Under the pieces are notes generated by a model that did no database searches, was not told the origin of the DNA, and worked only from the letters and a program-made list of their open reading frames with translations. A DNA stretch of 64,000 nucleotides from assembly GCA_041649495.1 (NCBI GenBank), contig JBAZMZ010000002.1:18793-82792 (forward strand), read 5' to 3'. How positions within the stretch are numbered: position 1 is the first letter of the stretch; every line of letters begins with the position of its first letter. This DNA is from Minisyncoccota bacterium (GTDB lineage: Bacteria > Patescibacteriota > Minisyncoccia > Phycocordibacterales > XYD1-FULL-46-19). Made by a program: the position numbers and the translations under genes. Positions 58,051-64,000 of the stretch are shown piece after piece.

Positions 58051-58746
58051 CTATCTCACCCCCACCAGCCCAGCAATCATTTGACTCGCATCATAACGAG
58101 TAGCCGTCTGAAGCGAGTTTAAGGCCTCTTCTCGGGCGTTTTCATCAGTGATCTGATCATAGATTAACGACTCAAGATAGCTTTTTTGTCTCTCGGTGGC
58201 CATTAGTGGCTCGTCTAGGGGCTTCACCGACTCGACTGCCTCTGTTTGGACCACTTGATTGCGAAACTCGGGCTTTTCGTCTAGATCCATGGTGAAGTAA
58301 GCGGAGATATTAGCCGAGCGGATGATGGCTGATAAAAAAGCCGATTTCTCAGCCAGCTTAATCGTTTTGTTCTCATCATTGCCGTTTTTAGCCAACGAAG
58401 CACAACCTCGACCTTCACCGGCCACACTCCCATCAGGCCGATACAAGACGCATTTTAGAGCCACTAGATTCTTGGCGTCACTAAATGAGGATAAGGTCTC
58501 TCGATCTAACTCAAAACGACTAGTGAAGCCATAGATTTGAGCAATGCGTTCGCCTCCACCCTTGCTTAGAACTTTCTTGCCCATAATTACATAATAATCA
58601 TGACCTTCTTGGAGAATGGGTAAGACTTTGTCGATGAAGTAACGACGTTTGAGCAACATTAGGTTAACCCCCTGTTTGAAGTAATCGAGAGTGTTTAAGA
58701 CCTCACTGATCTTAATTGGGCCAGTGGCCAGCGTATTAGTTTCCAT
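58051..58746 (-). CDS. hypothetical protein
   Basis: Probable start METNTL. No motif. Confidence 0.5.
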   Translation of the reverse strand: METNTLATGPIKISEVLNTLDYFKQGVNLMLLKRRYFIDKVLPILQEGHDYYVIMGKKVLSKGGGERIAQIYGFTSRFELDRETLSSFSDAKNLVALKCVLYRPDGSVAGEGRGCASLAKNGNDENKTIKLAEKSAFLSAIIRSANISAYFTMDLDEKPEFRNQVVQTEAVESVKPLDEPLMATERQKSYLESLIYDQITDENAREEALNSLQTATRYDASQMIAGLVGVR

Positions 58747-59044
58747 AATTCGGTAGCTTCTTAACTTGGGGATAATAGAAAAGGTGGATGGTCTTAGGGT
58801 AAGAACTAACGACTTCGCCATGCTCGTCTTTCTTCTCGATCATTACGATGGAACGCAATGATTTCTGACCGGGCTTGACACGATAACCTCGTGAGGCCCA
58901 TTGCGGTAAGGTCATCGTGTTTAAATAGGGGTCATAGTCTTTGGCTAACTCGGGACCAAAGCGCTCAAGGATCTGACGATGGACATCATCTCTGGTATGT
59001 TCAGAACCAGAATAATTTGTCTTGATGGTTAGAGTATCACTCAT
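58736..59044 (-). CDS. hypothetical protein (102 aa)
   Basis: ORF only; overlaps the next gene's start. Confidence 0.4.
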   Translation of the reverse strand: MSDTLTIKTNYSGSEHTRDDVHRQILERFGPELAKDYDPYLNTMTLPQWASRGYRVKPGQKSLRSIVMIEKKDEHGEVVSSYPKTIHLFYYPQVKKLPNYGN

Positions 59045-59384
59045 GTTTTTTATTTAACGATTAATGATTAAAGACCTCGCTGGACTAGAGCGAGGCAAAG
59101 AGTGAAGCAATTATCGACCAATAAAATTAATTATTAATTACTTCAAAAATTTAGTAATGGGGTTTATTGCTTAAGGGGGTAGGGGGGAGTGGTTTGGTTT
59201 AACATCCACTATTCTAGCTGGTACCATAGAGTAACCTAATCGTTCGCTCTCGTGGCCACTATTGAAATTCCCGGAAAAATGGCCGAAATTAACCACCCCT
59301 AGGCTGGAGAAAAATTTTTGTAAAAAATTGCTAAAAGTGCTAAACTCTTGTCAAGTGTGAAGTAATAGCAAACTAATTTTTATT

Positions 59385-60557
59385 ATGAAATCTTTTAGTT
59401 TTCCCCAAAATCCTATTTATATACCAAAGGTTCAAGATAGTAGCATTAGTAAGTGGAAGTTAAACTTACCAGTTGTCTGTGTTAATGCTTTTACTTTGGC
59501 GCGGTGGCCAACTGTTAATTCAATAAGGGACCACGCGGATATTCTTATCGTTGATCCGGTGACCGACAGAATTCTTTATGGTGTATCACAAAAAAAGAAA
59601 AATTTTAAGAAATTAAATTACCCTGACGCCGAACCTGAAGATATTTATAGCAACAAGGATATTCGGCAAGTCTTAATTGAACAATCAATAAAAAACCAAC
59701 TACAGGCTAGGGCCGACATCTTGATTGCTCCTTACCTTTTTGCCGAGGATACGGATGATACAAAATTTACAATAAATCTTACACTCCTTTCGGAAACAGT
59801 TAGATATTTAGAAAAGATAAAGGAGAAAAAATCCTTATTTGCAATGATTTGTATCGGTAACACTGTATTCAATCGGCCTATTATTTTAAATCACATTATT
59901 GATCGATACAATGACGACTTTGCTGATCATCTTAGCGGATTCTTTTTGTCCATTAATGATCTCAATGGCCGGAGCACGACCGACGAAACAAAACTTCTGA
60001 ATCTTGCATATTTTGTTTTTCGACTTTCTGAATATAAACCAGTGATTATAAAAAGGCTTGATGCCTTTGGAGAAATTCTCTCGGCAATCGGGGCTTCTGG
60101 CTACAGTAGTGGGTTGGCAATGAGTGAAACATTTTTGGCAAACCAAAAAGATGACACCCCCCGCAAACCCCTTAAGAGAATTTATGCTCCTGAAATTTTT
60201 GATTATCTCAACGATGAAGAGGCGAAAGAGATAAAATATGAATGCCATCCAGCATCTAATTCTTCGGGTTCTCATCCAGAAGGTCGCCATATAAAAGCCC
60301 AACACTATTTACACCACCACCTTGATCGGATGGGGAAAATGCAATCATTAAGTCGAGAGCAGAAAATTAGTTATATGTTAAAAGAGATAGGCAAAGCAAA
60401 AAAGAAGGCGGTAGAGTGGAGTGACCAGTTTGGTATCCTACCTAAATTTTTACATGCCTCTCGTTGGACCTCGGTTCTTGAAAAAGCGAAGGACTGGAAG
60501 CCGAGTAAACAAAATGATGAAGAATTATCAATGTTATTAGCAGAGTTAGAAAAATGA
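59385..60557 (+). CDS. hypothetical protein (390 aa)
   Basis: ORF with a His-rich segment (HYLHHHLD). Overlaps the downstream PIN gene start by 4 nt. Confidence 0.5.
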   Translation: MKSFSFPQNPIYIPKVQDSSISKWKLNLPVVCVNAFTLARWPTVNSIRDHADILIVDPVTDRILYGVSQKKKNFKKLNYPDAEPEDIYSNKDIRQVLIEQSIKNQLQARADILIAPYLFAEDTDDTKFTINLTLLSETVRYLEKIKEKKSLFAMICIGNTVFNRPIILNHIIDRYNDDFADHLSGFFLSINDLNGRSTTDETKLLNLAYFVFRLSEYKPVIIKRLDAFGEILSAIGASGYSSGLAMSETFLANQKDDTPRKPLKRIYAPEIFDYLNDEEAKEIKYECHPASNSSGSHPEGRHIKAQHYLHHHLDRMGKMQSLSREQKISYMLKEIGKAKKKAVEWSDQFGILPKFLHASRWTSVLEKAKDWKPSKQNDEELSMLLAELEK

Positions 60558-60997
60558 TTAAGGTTGTCCCCGATGCCAATATAATCCTGTCGAGCATCTT
60601 GAGTTCTAGTGGAGCTCCTCGAAAATTGATCAATCTTGCTCTTGCTAAAAAAATCGTTATGTTTGGGAGTGCTGAGACTTACGCGGAATTTAAAAGGAAG
60701 ATAGAAATGCCTAAATTTAAAAAATATTTAGAGAAGCAGATATTTACCCCTGAGAAATTAGAGTTTGACTATCGTTCTTTTATAAGTGCTGTTGAGCCCT
60801 TCGATATTTTGAAGGACGAGAAAATTGTTAAAGAAGACCCTGACGATGATATGTATTTTCGAGTCGCCAAGGCGGCTGGTTCAAAAATTATAATTACCGG
60901 CGATAAAGCCGTTCTTGGCGTTAAAAAGTATGATGAGATAATAGTTGTCGGACCAAGTAAGTTTGTTGAGAAGTTTTCACTTCTAAACACAAGTTAA
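60554..60997 (+). CDS. PIN-domain protein
   Basis: VVPDANIIL N-terminus with the conserved acidic positions; ..IIITGDK.. near the C-terminus. Confidence 0.7.
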   Translation: MIKVVPDANIILSSILSSSGAPRKLINLALAKKIVMFGSAETYAEFKRKIEMPKFKKYLEKQIFTPEKLEFDYRSFISAVEPFDILKDEKIVKEDPDDDMYFRVAKAAGSKIIITGDKAVLGVKKYDEIIVVGPSKFVEKFSLLNTS

Positions 60998-61663
60998 ACT
61001 CTTTATTAACGATCTATTCCAGAAGAACTCGGTGGCAAAATTCCTTTTAGATTCGCTGAGAGCTTTTTTAACCTCTGCTTTTACTAATATTTTTTTCTTG
61101 CCCGTCTCGGCGTCAAAGGAAATCAAGCCAACCCCCTGTTTTATTAAAAGGGAATGGTCCACAAGCTTCGCGGTGTTTGGAGGAACAGCTAGATAGGTCT
61201 GATCGGCAAAAGTTTTATACCTGTTAGCCTGGTAAAATCCTCTTTTCCAATCCTTAAGCTTGGCCTCAATAGCGATGAGTTCCTTTCCTACCGGTAACCA
61301 GCCATTAACTTTAAAATAATAACCATCACTCGTTTCTTTTACGTATCTTGCCTTTTTAAGGTTTTTAATTAGCTGATATTTTAGAAACGAAGAAGAATAA
61401 TCGGTCTGTTCTTTTAATTCTTTAAAACTCATGGGCATTTTATATTTATCGGCATCTGGCAATAAATTAAAAACACAAAAATAAGCTTCATTAAGAAGAG
61501 GTTTAAACTGTTTATGGGCTAGTCTCTTTAGACAATTACCAAAATCAGGACGAAACAAAACCAGATCAGCCACGCCGTAACCAACCCCTAATTCTTTTTT
61601 GGTAAAAAACCCTTCAGAGATGTAAGATTCTTCCAACTTTTTTACGAAAGATTTTTCTGTCAT
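60983..61663 (-). CDS. hypothetical protein, possible PD-(D/E)xK nuclease fold
   Basis: GVADLVLF and IAIEAKLKDWK are compatible with D..(D/E)xK. Weak. Confidence 0.4.
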   Translation of the reverse strand: MTEKSFVKKLEESYISEGFFTKKELGVGYGVADLVLFRPDFGNCLKRLAHKQFKPLLNEAYFCVFNLLPDADKYKMPMSFKELKEQTDYSSSFLKYQLIKNLKKARYVKETSDGYYFKVNGWLPVGKELIAIEAKLKDWKRGFYQANRYKTFADQTYLAVPPNTAKLVDHSLLIKQGVGLISFDAETGKKKILVKAEVKKALSESKRNFATEFFWNRSLIKSLTCV

Positions 61664-61807
61664 GGGGAGCTTAATAAGTACTATATTAATTATAGATCAA
61701 ATAACTTTTAAAAAGAAATTAAAGGTGGGGAAAAGTAAAAATCAAACGCTTTTGCCTTAGGACTCATGCTAAGATTTAAAGATGACCAGGCCATCTTTAA
61801 TTGAGGA

Positions 61808-62272
61808 GTGCTACCAACTATCAACCCCAGCTTAAAACGCTCAATAGCACGCTGTACAGGGGCAAATCGCGATGCTAGTAGTGATCGTCTAACCCTTTTA
61901 AGTGGCAAAAAGGCCCTTTATCTGGATTATTGGCTTGAGCGATTCGACGATGAAATATCCTTAACGCTTAATTGGGCTAATGGTGAAACCCAAACGATGA
62001 GAGTGACCACCGCTTACCCTTTGGTGGTGAACGATTCTATTTTGACTGTCCTGATTGTGGCCGTCGTTGTGAGAAGCTCTACTTAGCCCCTGATGGCCAA
62101 ACTTTTAAATGCCACAAGCATTTTATTTATGAAGCCACCACCATTAACCGCCAAGCGATCAATGGTCAATTCTTCTACCAGCAAAATCGTTTAATCAAAT
62201 TAGCTAATCAAAGAACTGATATTAATCGCATCTGGTATAACGGCACCTATACTAAACGTTTCTGTCGCTGAC
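61808..62272 (+). pseudogene. possible frameshifted gene for a zinc-ribbon protein
   Basis: ORF 61808-62086 ends, but the +1 frame continues without any start codon as ..FYFDCPDCGRRCEKLYLAPDGQTFKCHKHF...FCR. Confidence 0.3.
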
Positions 62273-62598
62273 TTAAGATGTGTGCCAGAGCCGACCTGCC
62301 CAATGAAGCCGAAAGTGCTTTGAAACTTTGGGAAGAGATTCAGGCACTTAAAGTTTCTTAATTACTTAGTTCTTCGACGAAGTTAAAATATTTTGTGGTT
62401 AAACGGGGTGGTGGTTGCGGATGGATCCGTTACTGGTTTAGAAGGTGTCGTAAAGGCATTAAAACATTACGAAGGTTGGACACCCCTCTATTTTTGTGCT
62501 AATACTAGCATGGAATTAAACAGTTGTTTGTCATGGAAAGTAGGAAAAAGTGGCTCAAACTAAGACCCCAACGGGGCAAAGAGAAGGAGGTATACAAG

Positions 62599-63878
62599 CC
62601 ATGATGCCACAAGCGTTTCAGGATCGGCTCTTTCCCTATCTGACGGAGATAGGGGAACACTACAAAACGCCTTTCCACCTCTACGATGAGGCGGGAATCA
62701 GGCAAACCTGCCGAGAGATGAAAGAAAGGCTCGGCCAAGTCTCGGAGTATCGCAATTTCTTTGCGGTCAAAGCCTTGCCCAATCCATCAATCATGAAGAT
62801 CATGCTTGATGAGGGTTTTGGCTTCGACTGCTCGAGCATGCCCGAACTGGACTTGTCGCGACTCGTCGAGGCCAAACCGCAAGACATTATGTTCACATCG
62901 AACAACACTTCGTCCATGGAGTATTACTGGGCCTCAATGCAGGGCGGTTGTATTTTGAACTTGGACGACGTTTCGTTTGTTGCCAAGGTTTCGAGAATGC
63001 CCGAACGCATTTGCTTCCGGTACAATCCCGGACCCTTGCGCGACGGTAACGAAATTCTCGGCAATCCGACGGAAGCCAAGTACGGCGTACGAGATGATCA
63101 AATCGTTGAAGCCTACCGATTGGCCCGCGAACGTGGCGCCAAGACATTCGGTCTGCACACGATGATCTGCTCCAACCAGCGCGACTATCGCTATATGGTG
63201 GAGACGGTCAAGATGATCCTCAAGGTCGCCGAACGGCTCAAGGAAGAGCTGAACATCGAAGTCGAGTTCGTAAACATTGGCGGGGGCTTCGGCATCCCGT
63301 ACAAACCGACGGATGAGACTTTCAATCTGGCCGCCTTCGCCTTGGAAGCGAAGAAGTTGTTCGATGAGTTCGAACAGTATCAGGGCTGGCGTCCGAAACT
63401 CTACACGGAGTGTGGGCGTTATGTCACGGGACCGCACGGCGTCCTCGTCACCTCGGTAATCAATGAGATGGAGAAGTATCGGCATTATGTGGGCGTGGAT
63501 GCCTGCATGTCGGCGCTTATGCGTCCGGCAATGTACGACGCTTACCATCAAATCTATGTGCCAGGGGCTGAAGATCGTCCTCAAGAAACGGTGGATGTTG
63601 TCGGCTCGCTCTGCGAGAACTGCGACAAATTCGCCAAAGAACGGAAGTTGCCGGAAACACACGAGGGCGACTTGCTCGTCATTGCCAACACCGGTGCACA
63701 CGGCATTGCCATGGGCTTCAACTACAACGGACGTCTGCGTCCGAAAGAGTTGTTGCTTCGGAGTGACGGTTCGGTCGTACTGATCCGTCGTGAAGAAACG
63801 ACGGAGGATCACTTCCAGACCTTGAGTTTTGGGACCAACGTATTCAGACCGGCGCTTGTCGAGAACTCGCGCCAGTAG
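62599..63878 (+). CDS. lysA: PLP-dependent decarboxylase, diaminopimelate decarboxylase-like
   Basis: FAVKALPNP (PLP lysine), GGGFGIPY, ECGRYV, CENCD motifs. Strong AAGGAGG box 8 nt before ATG 62599. GC clearly above background. Confidence 0.75.
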
Positions 63879-63894
63879 GGAGGAGTAACGTTAG

Positions 63895-64000
63895 ATGATT
63901 ACACCACACCGAGATAGATCGTGGTTACCGCCTGGAGGAGTAAACGTCTTCCAGCAAGTGAAGGAAATGTGTCGAATTGCTGAAGCGGGGGGCAAGATGC
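63895..64000 (+). CDS. partial CDS running off the window end
   Basis: GGAGGAG box then ATG at 63895, open to the end (MITPHRDRSWLPPGGVNVFQ..). Confidence 0.3.
   Translation, partial: MITPHRDRSWLPPGGVNVFQQVKEMCRIAEAGGKM

Noticed and set aside
62934-63812. 292-aa antisense ORF inside the lysA-like gene, and other antisense ORFs 62681-63147
   Set aside because: GC-rich antisense artefacts; the sense strand has clear decarboxylase motifs.

Overview
Low-GC (roughly 40 percent by eye), tightly packed bacterial window with the gene content typical of a Candidate Phyla Radiation / Patescibacteria genome; that lineage assignment is an inference. Housekeeping content is a complete type IV pilus and competence cluster (comF, pilM/N/O, pilB, receiver, pilT, pilC, two major pilins, PKD-domain protein, pilD, four minor pilins), then ligA, a pseudouridine synthase, gatC, gatA and an initiator-type tRNA-Met. 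The accessory content is unusually rich:
- a complete diversity-generating retroelement (RT, Avd, TR, VR-bearing target gene, downstream hairpin);
- a second, unclassified stand-alone reverse transcriptase next to a large serine recombinase;
- two ParB-nuclease/DNA-methyltransferase fusions and terminase large and small subunit genes;
- a second serine-recombinase element inserted next to the tRNA and carrying an RHH toxin-antitoxin pair;
- a Panacea-domain/RelE-like toxin-antitoxin pair beside a RecD/Pif1-like helicase;
- a compact five-gene operon encoding a DUF1863-type TIR-like protein plus an E2-like/SEC-C-motif protein, which is a candidate uncharacterised defence system;
- three copies of a recurring pseudoknotted hairpin RNA architecture in long 5' leaders, not matched to any known riboswitch or ribozyme class.
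Other oddities are an in-frame perfect palindromic insertion inside ligA, a denV-like glycosylase pseudogene with an in-frame TAA, an 880-bp ORF-free gap, and two GC-rich islands (the DGR TR/VR/target region and a lysA-like decarboxylase). No CRISPR array or rRNA was seen.
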